Positions 1 through 7,821 of a stretch of DNA of 64,000 nt are shown here, piece by piece. The notes beneath the pieces are model-generated. The model was not told where the DNA came from, searched no databases, and saw only the letters and a program-made list of their open reading frames with translations. The DNA is taken from IMG/VR virus record IMGVR_UViG_3300022935_000005, positions 1 through 64,000 of that record, one strand, 5' to 3'. The first letter of the stretch is position 1. Each line of letters begins with the position of its first letter. The position numbers and the translations under genes were made by a program.

Positions 1-278
1 TTTCGGAGACGCGCGTTTCCTCCAGTTCTCGCGTAGAGTTCCCCACTATTCACTTTGCCCCTCTGTACACGAGAGACTTGGTCGCCCCGCTGCTGATCGC
101 GTTTTTGTTCCCGCTTTCTCGGCCCAACTCCCCGCCAGAACACAAGAGAACACATGGGCTCTCCGACTATACAAAACTCCACGAGCCGCCTCTGTACACT
201 TTCCACGACAGCGCGCGCAGCGAGGAATCGAGAGGGCTTTTCCCCGGGGCTGAAGTGAAAAAAAGTTCCGCCGATTCA

Positions 279-330
279 TGAACACTCGGACCGCGGCGTC
301 TATAATCTAAATGTTGGTAGGGAATACCAA
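279..330 (+). promoter_or_regulatory. Early promoter (TGAACA-N16-TATAAT) with 5' hairpin
   Basis: TGAACA 279-284, TATAAT 301-306, TTGGTA/TACCAA stem 314-330; same architecture as later early promoters. Confidence 0.7.
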
Positions 331-361
331 ACGCATGCTGAGAAAAAAGGAGAAAGCATAC

Positions 362-589
362 ATGAATTATGAGAAGCAGTATCAGACTAGTCGCTTCACT
401 TTCGGAGTGAACCGTAACACCACGAGCAAGCAGGCCGGCAGCAATGTCGTCACAATCGCGACGAACGCGGGGGATGGATTCTACTCCACGCCGACCACGC
501 AGCTCTCCATGACTGTAAAGGAAGCCCGCGCTCTTCAGGGTTTCCTTAACTCGACTCTCGGAACTAACGACACCGCGGTCAACAGTTAG
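362..589 (+). CDS. Hypothetical early protein (75 aa)
   Basis: AAGGAG SD before ATG 362; lies between a promoter and a terminator. Confidence 0.8.
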   Translation: MNYEKQYQTSRFTFGVNRNTTSKQAGSNVVTIATNAGDGFYSTPTTQLSMTVKEARALQGFLNSTLGTNDTAVNS

Positions 590-626
590 GATCAAGCTCT
601 CACCAGCAGGTGACGGGAAACTCCGG

Positions 627-661
627 GCCGGCGGCTCATTACGGGTCGCCGGCTTTTTTTT
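627..661 (+). terminator. Rho-independent terminator
   Basis: GCCGGCGGC/GTCGCCGGC stem followed by a T8 run. Confidence 0.85.
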
Positions 662-683
662 GTAATCTTCTAGGGAGGTGTGT

Positions 684-767
684 ATGAGAGGTATCGACGT
701 CACAGAAGTCATCGGCATTGCTGCGGTGCTGGCGTTTATCGTCTTCGCGATTGTTGTCACGGCATAA
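684..767 (+). CDS. 27-aa single-TM peptide (MRGIDVTEVIGIAAVLAFIVFAIVVTA)
   Basis: GGAGGT SD, ATG 684, TAA 765-767; translated by hand, below ORF-track cutoff. Confidence 0.65.
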   Translation: MRGIDVTEVIGIAAVLAFIVFAIVVTA

Positions 768-788
768 AACAAAAAAAAGAGAAAAAAG

Positions 789-845
789 CGTGCAAAGCGC
801 CGGCGGTTTGTGGTATAATATTGATGTTGGTCGGGGTAGACCAAC
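789..845 (+). promoter_or_regulatory. Early promoter CGTGCAAA..TGTGGTATAAT plus 5' hairpin
   Basis: CGTGCAAA 789, TATAAT 814, GTTGGTC/GACCAAC stem 826-845. Confidence 0.85.
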
Positions 846-857
846 AAAGGAGACCGC

Positions 858-1088
858 ATGCCCACCGCCGAATACAACACCGCTTTCGCCGCCCAGCTCG
901 GCGACACCCGCCGGGACCTGGCCATTATGGGTTGCGTTGTCGAGGAACAGCGCTTCCAGATCATCCGTGACGGAGCGTTCCTGACCATGACCGAGCTTGA
1001 GTATGTCGACGCCGACGGCATGACCACCCAGCTCCTGTTCGCGGGTACCGGTGACGGCGCTCCCCTTGAACGGTTCAAGCGTTTCTGA
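858..1088 (+). CDS. Hypothetical early protein
   Basis: AAGGAG SD, directly after the promoter. Confidence 0.8.
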   Translation: MPTAEYNTAFAAQLGDTRRDLAIMGCVVEEQRFQIIRDGAFLTMTELEYVDADGMTTQLLFAGTGDGAPLERFKRF

Positions 1089-1096
1089 GATTGACC

Positions 1097-1192
1097 ATGA
1101 AGACAAATACCGATATCATCATTGGCGCGCTGTTGAAGGGCGTCATCATCATGTGTGTTGTTAAGCTCTTGATTGGAGGTGTCCATGTTTGA
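1097..1192 (+). CDS. 31-aa hydrophobic peptide
   Basis: Hand translation MKTNTDIIIGALLKGVIIMCVVKLLIGGVHV; fills the gap and overlaps the next start. Confidence 0.5.
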   Translation: MKTNTDIIIGALLKGVIIMCVVKLLIGGVHV

Positions 1193-1334
1193 TGTTCAGT
1201 TGCGGGCCGTGCACCCCAAGCTGGGTGAGGGAATTGTCCGGCCGCTCAACGGTATGTACTGCGGTCGAGTCCTTGTCGAGTTTGAGGGGTTCGTCCGGTG
1301 GGTAGAGATTGATGACTTGGAATTTCTTGACTGA
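1185..1334 (+). CDS. 49-aa SH3/Tudor-like protein
   Basis: GGAGGT SD; MFDVQLRAVHPKLGEGIV...VLVEFEG (HPxxGxGxV motif); not in ORF track. Confidence 0.75.
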   Translation: MFDVQLRAVHPKLGEGIVRPLNGMYCGRVLVEFEGFVRWVEIDDLEFLD

Positions 1335-1343
1335 GAGGTAGAC

Positions 1344-1544
1344 ATGTTTGCCGGCGATCTCGTTGCACACTGGAACTGGGGTACGGGTCTTGTCCTTAAT
1401 GCTGCACCCACCCGGGAAGAGGTTCCAGAGGAGTGGCAGCACGACTGGCAGAGCGTTGTCCTTGTCCAGTTTCCTGAGTGGCACAACGCATGTGTGTGGG
1501 TCCTTGCCGCCTTCCTTGACCCGATCACCGACGAGTGTGAATAA
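1344..1544 (+). CDS. Small SH3/Tudor-like protein
   Basis: GAGG SD; GDLVAHWNWGTGLV...VLVQF. Confidence 0.75.
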   Translation: MFAGDLVAHWNWGTGLVLNAAPTREEVPEEWQHDWQSVVLVQFPEWHNACVWVLAAFLDPITDECE

Positions 1545-1556
1545 ACTTCAGATAAT

Positions 1557-1615
1557 CGTGCAAAGTACCAGCCCTCTATGGTATAATCTAGATGTTGGTC
1601 GGGGTAACTCGGCAA
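1557..1615 (+). promoter_or_regulatory. Early promoter plus 5' hairpin
   Basis: CGTGCAAA 1557, TGGTATAAT (TATAAT 1582), GTTGGTCGGGGTA leader. Confidence 0.85.
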
Positions 1616-1625
1616 AGGAGAGCGA

Positions 1626-1862
1626 ATGAAGGTCGGCACTGTCACCATCCCGGACTGGGCACCCGAGACTCTGGCCACTGTCCGCGAGGACCTCACCATT
1701 GCCGATGTGGCCTGGGTTGAAAAGCAGTGGTGCGACGTCGACGACGAGAACCGGATGCGGTGGATGACCGAGGTCCTTGTCCCCATGGGACCGTGGGACG
1801 ATCTCAAGTTCTGGTTCGAGGGCCGGGGCGCTGACGCTCGGCTTGTGTGGGCCAACTTCTAG
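1626..1862 (+). CDS. Hypothetical early protein
   Basis: AAGGAG SD; high GC3 codon usage. Confidence 0.8.
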   Translation: MKVGTVTIPDWAPETLATVREDLTIADVAWVEKQWCDVDDENRMRWMTEVLVPMGPWDDLKFWFEGRGADARLVWANF

Positions 1863-1887
1863 AGACACTGACTGAGAGGGAGAGATA

Positions 1888-2076
1888 ATGGGAAAGCACC
1901 TTTACCGCTGGAACTGGAACGAGGGTGGATACAACCAGTGCTACGCCGATACGAAGGCTCAGGCACGGAAGCTGGGTAACGCCATTGTGCCCGGTAAGCT
2001 GACCATCGACGAGAAGACTTTCCGACGGGTGAAGAACCAGGATCGCTTCTGGAAGAACTACCCCATCTTTGATTAA
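1888..2076 (+). CDS. Hypothetical early protein
   Basis: GAGGGAG SD; 62-aa ORF. Confidence 0.75.
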   Translation: MGKHLYRWNWNEGGYNQCYADTKAQARKLGNAIVPGKLTIDEKTFRRVKNQDRFWKNYPIFD

Positions 2077-2085
2077 GGAATCTAT

Positions 2086-2241
2086 TCGGGAGCCAGTAAG
2101 GCCGCGCCCACGGTAACGCTGGAGAGTTAGAGCACAGGGATGGGCGTCCCTGGCGAGCGGACTGGGTCTGCACGGATCGCATCGAAAGCCGCAGGGTGAG
2201 TAGGCACCGTTTCTGTGGGTTCGAATCCCACCTCCCGCACC
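2086..2241 (+). ncRNA. tRNA-like structured RNA (~155 nt) with canonical T-arm and acceptor stem but expanded interior
   Basis: T-arm GTGGG-TTCGAAT-CCCAC 2215-2231; CTCCCG 2232-2237 pairs with CGGGAG 2087-2092; several internal helices. Confidence 0.6.
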
Positions 2242-2280
2242 CTTTGTTTTTGCCAATAAAATCAACAGCTTGGAGAGCAC

Positions 2281-2445
2281 ATGTGGCGTGAAATTGCAGA
2301 CCTGATTCGTGAGCGTTACGAGGAGCAGACCCGAGACCCCGATGAGGACATCATTGTCTGGGGCGATGAGTATTGGGAGGAGCCGCATTACGGCTTTGAT
2401 GCAGAGTACGATCCTCCAGAGTTTGATGTCGACATGCCGTTCTAA
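2281..2445 (+). CDS. 54-aa acidic peptide ending DVDMPF (SSB-tail-like)
   Basis: GGAG SD; hand translation, 19/54 residues D/E; not in ORF track. Confidence 0.75.
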   Translation: MWREIADLIRERYEEQTRDPDEDIIVWGDEYWEEPHYGFDAEYDPPEFDVDMPF

Positions 2446-2480
2446 AATAATCACAAAAAAATAAAATAATTTTGTACATT

Positions 2481-2510
2481 CGTGCAAAGGGCTGACCACT
2501 GTGGTATAAT
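2481..2510 (+). promoter_or_regulatory. Early promoter
   Basis: CGTGCAAA 2481, TGTGGTATAAT (TATAAT 2505), A-rich upstream. Confidence 0.85.
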
Positions 2511-2555
2511 CATAATGTAAGCAAGGTTGGTTAATAAGGAACACGGAGGTTCAGC

Positions 2556-2975
2556 ATGGCAAAGGTAGGATTCGGTAAGGGCGACATCGTTAAGGTTCGG
2601 GACGACGCGTTCGGCGACCGCTGGGACAACACGGTACGGGACTATGTGCCGGAGACTACCGTCCGCGCCAAGTACTACTACACTGCTGCTGACAAGGAGC
2701 GTATGCGGGAAGAACGCCGGAAGGCAATCGCAGAGGCTCAGGCGGCGGGTGAAGACACGTTCGGTATGTGCTTTGATGATGCGGGTGAGCCGCGGTTGAT
2801 GGGTGATGATGGCATTACCTACCTCAAGAAGGGTATCGGATACCGAGTCCTCAGAGCTCGATGCCGTCAGAACTTCAACTACCACACCACTGGCGGCTGG
2901 ACAAAGCTCCTTGACCTTGACACGGGCCGGGAAGTCTTCATCAAGACTGAGAAGCTCGAGCGCGTGGAAGCCTAA
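2556..2975 (+). CDS. Hypothetical protein, possible SH3/KOW-like fold with insertion
   Basis: GGAGG SD; FGKGDIVKV at N-terminus, LLDLDTGREVFIK at C-terminus. Confidence 0.8.
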   Translation: MAKVGFGKGDIVKVRDDAFGDRWDNTVRDYVPETTVRAKYYYTAADKERMREERRKAIAEAQAAGEDTFGMCFDDAGEPRLMGDDGITYLKKGIGYRVLRARCRQNFNYHTTGGWTKLLDLDTGREVFIKTEKLERVEA

Positions 2976-3009
2976 AAAGTTTAATCATTTCAATCACTTG
3001 GGGGGTCTC

Positions 3010-3321
3010 ATGGAAAACGTAATCAAGATCAAGGTCGAACCTTATAACCCACGACGCTCTTATGGGTATCGCGACTACGATATGGAGTGCGGTTGTTGTC
3101 AGCGACCGATCCGGAACCGTGAGACTGCGACTGTGGTCGTGCGGCGCTCTTGTGATGAGCCTGGGTTTGCAGAGTTCCTTCCGATCCCAGAGCATGAGCT
3201 GCCTAACGATCCCGTTGAGTGGGGTACCTTCATCGGTAGTCACTGTGCGAAGGCTCTGCCAAAGACCCACAAGATCACTTACCGAAAGCTTTGGAAGAAC
3301 CACAGCGATACGTGGGTCTAA
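3010..3321 (+). CDS. Putative Zn-binding hypothetical protein
   Basis: CGCC...IGSHC; ATG 3010 after GGGGG. Confidence 0.75.
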   Translation: MENVIKIKVEPYNPRRSYGYRDYDMECGCCQRPIRNRETATVVVRRSCDEPGFAEFLPIPEHELPNDPVEWGTFIGSHCAKALPKTHKITYRKLWKNHSDTWV

Positions 3322-3375
3322 AAACACGCGTTACTCGGATCATAAAAAAATATAACTTGAATAACTCGTGAAAAT

Positions 3376-3442
3376 CGTGCAAATGTGACCCCCTCTGTGG
3401 TATTATATAAATGAAGGTGGGGAAAGGGTTTGAACCCCCGCC
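3376..3442 (+). promoter_or_regulatory. Early promoter plus 5' hairpin
   Basis: CGTGCAAA 3376, TGTGGTATTAT (TATTAT 3401), GGTGGGG/CCCCGCC stem 3416-3442. Confidence 0.85.
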
Positions 3443-3467
3443 ACAGTAAACGTCACAAGGAGACACC

Positions 3468-4268
3468 ATGAACCTCAAGACCTTCCGACTCCTCCAGCAG
3501 GAAAACCCCCACGCCGCGATGATCTTCGATCTCTCCGAGCGGTTCCCACGTGGACCGAAGGGTAAGCTCCGGAAGAAGCACTATCGTCGTGCGGATACGT
3601 GGTCCGACACTTGGGTCTCTGATGAACTGCTGGGTGGTGAGCTCGGCTACGACATCTTTGAGCTCTACAAGGTTGCCAAAGCCGGGATCGGTACGTGGGA
3701 GCTCGCTGATCTTTCAACGACAATCGAAGCAGCTGGTATGGGCTACCACCAGTATATGCCCTCCGCGGACGGAACGGAGAGAGTGTTTGTAAGCCGTAAG
3801 CTCTTCAAGGCCGGGGCTCAGAGTACTCGCCGTCTCAACCGACTGAACGAACGGTTCACTCAGGTGCGGAAGATGGTCGCCGAAAAGAGCAAGAAGAACC
3901 TCTACAACATCCGTATTGGTCATGAATCCAATGAGGTTGTGGTCTTCGGTGACAGCGAGCAGCACGCTCGGATGCAGTATGAAATGATGCTGAAGGCTGG
4001 TTTTGATGCCGGCACTCGTGCGGGATTCATCAACGCGGGCTGGGGTGAGCGTGATGAAGCGCCGATCCGAGTCGTGTACCGCGGACCGAGTCACGGTGTC
4101 CATGAGATCATGGCAGCCAACCAGGAGTACTCGAAGGGAATCGATGATGCCGTCAGCAAGATGGAGCTCCAGATCAAGCAGCTACAGGGCAAGATCGCTG
4201 CCGCTCGGGACATCCAGCAGATGGTCGATATGTTCACCCTTCAGTCCTGTGCCGCGGCGGCTGAATAA
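3468..4268 (+). CDS. Hypothetical protein with C-terminal coiled coil
   Basis: AAGGAG SD; 266 aa. Confidence 0.85.
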   Translation: MNLKTFRLLQQENPHAAMIFDLSERFPRGPKGKLRKKHYRRADTWSDTWVSDELLGGELGYDIFELYKVAKAGIGTWELADLSTTIEAAGMGYHQYMPSADGTERVFVSRKLFKAGAQSTRRLNRLNERFTQVRKMVAEKSKKNLYNIRIGHESNEVVVFGDSEQHARMQYEMMLKAGFDAGTRAGFINAGWGERDEAPIRVVYRGPSHGVHEIMAANQEYSKGIDDAVSKMELQIKQLQGKIAAARDIQQMVDMFTLQSCAAAAE

Positions 4269-4295
4269 GCCAACGATATCAACCACTTAGAAGTT

Positions 4296-4323
4296 TGTAC
4301 ATTTCACAAAGTTGAGGTATAAT
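4296..4323 (+). promoter_or_regulatory. Promoter TGTACA-N16-TATAAT
   Basis: Same spacing as sites at 279, 14520, 17045 and 36717. Confidence 0.6.
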
Positions 4324-4615
4324 GAAAATGAATGGTTTGGTAGAAGCGCTTAAGACCGGATGTCTTGTCTTGACTGATGATGAGTTGAACATCGCTTTCA
4401 AGATTCTGTCAGATGAGATGCTGGTTCGGCGGGAGAGACGAGAGGCAGCGACAAAGAGCAAGCTGTATCAAGGACAGGCTGTGAAGTTCTTTCATAGCGA
4501 GCAGGGAGACATCCACGGAACAATTCATAGGGTAAAGTACAAGAAGGCATTGGTCAAGGATCTCAATAGTGGTGTGGTTTGGGATGTTCCATTCCACATG
4601 CTAACGATCGTTTAG
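4322..4615 (+). CDS. Hypothetical protein, C-terminal SH3-like barrel
   Basis: LYQGQAVKF...GTIHRV...ALVKD...WDVP; true start probably 4328 because 4322 overlaps the -10. Confidence 0.75.
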   Translation: MKMNGLVEALKTGCLVLTDDELNIAFKILSDEMLVRRERREAATKSKLYQGQAVKFFHSEQGDIHGTIHRVKYKKALVKDLNSGVVWDVPFHMLTIV

Positions 4616-4651
4616 TTTGAGTTGATCACCAAGATTACGAAGGAGACGGTG

Positions 4652-4846
4652 ATGGATAAGAACAAGAAGTACAGTCATAACAACCCCAACCCCCACCTCG
4701 ACCCAGATATGCGAGACTACGTTATGGACCTCTGGTTCCGTGGTGTCGATCCAGAAGCTATTTCTCGAATGGTCCGACGCAAGATCGCTCGAGAGCGTGG
4801 GTATGAAAACAGTAAGCGCGAAAAGAATGACAAAAATGTTGCATAA
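4652..4846 (+). CDS. Small basic hypothetical protein (possible HTH)
   Basis: AAGGAG SD at ~4640; VMDLWFRGVDPEAISRMV. Confidence 0.65.
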   Translation: MDKNKKYSHNNPNPHLDPDMRDYVMDLWFRGVDPEAISRMVRRKIARERGYENSKREKNDKNVA

Positions 4847-4857
4847 GTTTTGACAAT

Positions 4858-4923
4858 CGTGCAAACAGCATAGGAACTGTGGTATTATTTATATGTTGGT
4901 GGGGATAAGGAATGGCCGCCAAC
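4858..4923 (+). promoter_or_regulatory. Early promoter plus 5' hairpin
   Basis: CGTGCAAA 4858, TGTGGTATTAT (TATTAT 4883), GTTGGTGG/CCGCCAAC stem 4895-4923. Confidence 0.85.
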
Positions 4924-4948
4924 GTTAACCCAACCAAGGAGAGTTCAC

Positions 4949-6034
4949 ATGGACATCAAGACCATCAAGACCATCGTTCCCAACCTTCCCGCCAACATTG
5001 CTGTTCTCATGCGAGGACCGACAGGTGTGGGTAAGTCTCACGTAGCCCGGGCTTTCGCTGATGAGCTCGGTCTGCCCTTCATCGATGTCCGTGGTTCCAC
5101 CATGGATGAGGCGAAGGTCGGTGGTCTGCCGGATATGCGGGCTGTCGATGAGAAGAAGGTTGCCACCTTCGTGGTCCCTAGCTGGTTCAAGACCGCTTGT
5201 GACCGCCCCTGTGTCATCATGCTGGACGAGCTTAACCGCTCCATGCCGACCGTGATGCAGGCCTTCTTCCAGATTGTCCTGGACCGTGAGCTCGGTAACG
5301 ATGAGGACGGTGTCCCCTACCGACTCCACCCGGAAACCCGGGTCATCGCGGCCATCAACGCCGGTAACGAGTACGACGTCAACGAGATGGACCCCGCTCT
5401 GCTCCGCCGCTTCTGGGTCTGCGATGTTGAGCCCACAGTGGCTGACTGGACCGATTGGGCTGCCGGTGCTGGTGTGGACAAGGTCATGGTCGAGTTCATC
5501 AAGCAGGAGCCTGCGCACTGGCGTGTTGACCCGGCCTCGGTTGAGCCCGGTACGGTTGTCCCGACTCCGGCCAGCTGGCACCGTCTCAGCGACTCGCTGG
5601 TTCACATGGGTCTGGCACCGGAGAAGCTGGCTGGTAACGATGTTCCGGCTCACTTCTACCCCGTCCTGACTGGGTTCGTCGGAGTTGAGGCAGCTATTGC
5701 CTTCCGCGACTTCGTCAAGAACTACGAGCTCCAGATCACCGCTGAAGACATCCTCGAGGGTAAGATCAAGGCTGCAGACATCAAGGATGCTCCTGCTAGC
5801 CAGCTCGCCTCGGTGGTTGAGAAGATCACGGCTCACGCCGCGGACAACAACTGGAAGCCGGCTCAGGTGAAGCGGATTGCCAAGTTCGCGGAAGAGGTTG
5901 GTGGTGAGTTCCTCATCCAGGTCTTCACCGGAGTTCAGAAGGCAGGGAACATGAAGAACCTGCTGCCCCTGAACCAGGCCATCGGCATGAAGGTGGTCGA
6001 GCTGGTTAACGCCGCTCGCGCTACTCAGAAGTAA
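4949..6034 (+). CDS. MoxR-like AAA+ ATPase (AAA_5 type)
   Basis: Walker A GPTGVGKS, Walker B IMLDELNR, sensor AAIN, MDPALLRRF. Confidence 0.9.
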   Translation: MDIKTIKTIVPNLPANIAVLMRGPTGVGKSHVARAFADELGLPFIDVRGSTMDEAKVGGLPDMRAVDEKKVATFVVPSWFKTACDRPCVIMLDELNRSMPTVMQAFFQIVLDRELGNDEDGVPYRLHPETRVIAAINAGNEYDVNEMDPALLRRFWVCDVEPTVADWTDWAAGAGVDKVMVEFIKQEPAHWRVDPASVEPGTVVPTPASWHRLSDSLVHMGLAPEKLAGNDVPAHFYPVLTGFVGVEAAIAFRDFVKNYELQITAEDILEGKIKAADIKDAPASQLASVVEKITAHAADNNWKPAQVKRIAKFAEEVGGEFLIQVFTGVQKAGNMKNLLPLNQAIGMKVVELVNAARATQK

Positions 6035-6051
6035 ACGGGAGTTTGCTCCCT

Positions 6052-6094
6052 AAGGGGGACCGGGGTTTTTGGGTTAACTCGGTCCCCCTTCTTT
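6052..6094 (+). terminator. Rho-independent terminator
   Basis: AAGGGGGACCGGG/CTCGGTCCCCCTT stem followed by CTTT. Confidence 0.75.
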
Positions 6095-6124
6095 ATACAA
6101 TCCTCTATAGACAGGAGGTAACCC

Positions 6125-6331
6125 GTGGCCGAAAAGAAAGTAACTCTTAACGAGATGATCGCTCAGATTCGAGAGTGGCATACTGAAGCTCTTAACATGC
6201 GTAACGATGGATGGACACAGCAGGCTTTTAAGGATCGACTAGAGTTCCTACATGCCCGTATGACAGCTGTGGTAGAGTCAATCAACCCTCCTCAGACGGC
6301 GCCGACAGAGAATAATAACGACAAAGAGTAG
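6125..6331 (+). CDS. Hypothetical protein
   Basis: AGGAGG SD, GTG start. Confidence 0.75.
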   Translation: MAEKKVTLNEMIAQIREWHTEALNMRNDGWTQQAFKDRLEFLHARMTAVVESINPPQTAPTENNNDKE

Positions 6332-6336
6332 ACATT

Positions 6337-6401
6337 CGTGCAATAGTGCTTTAACCTGTGGTATTATATAAATGATGGTGGGGAAGGAATAGAGCTTCTC
6401 C
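6337..6401 (+). promoter_or_regulatory. Early promoter plus 5' hairpin
   Basis: CGTGCAAT 6337, TGTGGTATTAT (TATTAT 6362), GGGGAAG/CTTCTCC stem 6380-6401. Confidence 0.85.
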
Positions 6402-6420
6402 CAAAACTACAGGAGTCCAC

Positions 6421-7821
6421 ATGGCAGACAAGACGACCGCAACAGACGCTCCCTTTGAGCACGCCTCTGAAGAGGTAGCCAAGGCATTTGACCTTCAGCC
6501 TCACCTCGTTGGTATGATGCTGGAGGAGCCGTTCTACACTAAGGTCCTTCGAATCCTGACCAAGACCCGGACTCGGAAGATCCCGACCGCCGGAGTTATT
6601 GCGAAGGACGGGGACCTGCAGATGTACTGGAACGACCGGTTCATGGCGGCTCTGCCCGGTAAGCAGATTCGGGGAGTCCTCAAGCATGAGATGCTCCACC
6701 TCATCCTCGAACACACCACCACTCGTAAGTACGAGCCTCACAAGGTTTGGAACTACGCCACTGACTTGGCGATCAACAGCCACCTCATGGACGAGCTTCC
6801 TGAGTTTGGTCTCTTCCCGGGTAAGGCGTTTAAGCCGCTGACTGAGGAACAACAGGAGCGAATGGGTGAGGCAGCTGTCAAGCAGTACGAGGCAGTGTCC
6901 AAGAAGATTGAAAGCTTCCCAGCTGGGCAGGCTGCTGAGTGGTACTTCGCGCGGCTCATGGAAGATGATGAAGTCAAGGAAGCCATTGAGAACCCGAAGC
7001 AGAACGGTAAGAGTCTGGCTGATGCTCTCCGCGATGGTGATGTGACCATCAACGAGAACGGTCAGATTTGTGATGCTGACGGTAACCCTCTCCCCACTGT
7101 CCCTGGTACGCTGGATGACCATGACGGCTGGGGCGAAATGAGCGATGAAGACCGTGAGTACATCAAGGCCAAGGTCAAGCAGGCTGCTGGTGACGCTGCC
7201 AAGGAGTGCGACCAGAAGGGTAGCTGGGGTTCGGTACCTGCAGAACTGCGGAAGCAGATCAAGGCAGCACTGGTCAACGAAGTTCCCTGGCAGAAGATCC
7301 TTGACCGCTTCTGTGGTTACAGCCGACGGGCCAACCGGACCACGAGCTACAGCCGCCTTCACAGCACCATGGGTCGTTTGGTTCCCGGTGCCAAGCGTGG
7401 GTACACGAGCTCGGTGGCAGCTTACATTGACCAGTCCGGCTCAGTCAGCGATCGTGAGCTGGCCCTCTGCTTCGGCGAGCTGGCTAACCTGGCCAAGAAC
7501 ACTGAGTTCACCTGCTACCACTTCGACACCGAGGTGGATGAGAAGAGCAAGACGGTATGGAAGCGTAAGGGTCACCCTGCCAACCGGACTCGCTGCGGTG
7601 GTACGGACTTCGCTGCTCCGACCGAGCACGCTGGAAAGCACAAGCGGGAGTTCGACGGGTACATCATCCTGACCGACGGCTACGCTCCTGACCCGGGTCC
7701 GAGCCGGTTGCCCCGAGCTTGGGTGGTTACCCCTGACGGAGCAGTTCAGGACTGGATGTTCAACTACAAGAAGGACGTCATCGTAAAGATGACTTGGCCA
7801 AAGAGTCTGCAGGAGGCGTAA
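6421..7821 (+). CDS. DUF2201-family protein: HExxH metallopeptidase-like domain plus vWA-like domain
   Basis: HEMLH, WNYATDLAIN, MIDAS DQSGS, GGTDF, ILTDG. Confidence 0.9.
   Translation: MADKTTATDAPFEHASEEVAKAFDLQPHLVGMMLEEPFYTKVLRILTKTRTRKIPTAGVIAKDGDLQMYWNDRFMAALPGKQIRGVLKHEMLHLILEHTTTRKYEPHKVWNYATDLAINSHLMDELPEFGLFPGKAFKPLTEEQQERMGEAAVKQYEAVSKKIESFPAGQAAEWYFARLMEDDEVKEAIENPKQNGKSLADALRDGDVTINENGQICDADGNPLPTVPGTLDDHDGWGEMSDEDREYIKAKVKQAAGDAAKECDQKGSWGSVPAELRKQIKAALVNEVPWQKILDRFCGYSRRANRTTSYSRLHSTMGRLVPGAKRGYTSSVAAYIDQSGSVSDRELALCFGELANLAKNTEFTCYHFDTEVDEKSKTVWKRKGHPANRTRCGGTDFAAPTEHAGKHKREFDGYIILTDGYAPDPGPSRLPRAWVVTPDGAVQDWMFNYKKDVIVKMTWPKSLQEA

Noticed and set aside
2086-2241. Ordinary tRNA-Leu, tmRNA or HDV-like ribozyme
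   Set aside because: No D-loop or 7-nt anticodon loop at canonical distance; no tmRNA acceptor identity or room for a tag ORF; could not fit the HDV P1/P1.1/P3 topology by hand.
789-6401. Repeated CGTGCAAA...GGTATAAT elements as a CRISPR array
   Set aside because: Spacing is 0.8-1.5 kb with genes in between, and the repeats have promoter architecture.
167-7362. Long minus-strand ORFs (167-1186, 1804-2544, 4925-5836, 6364-7362)
   Set aside because: Shadow ORFs of GC3-biased plus-strand genes; no SD or motifs, and they cross promoters and terminators.
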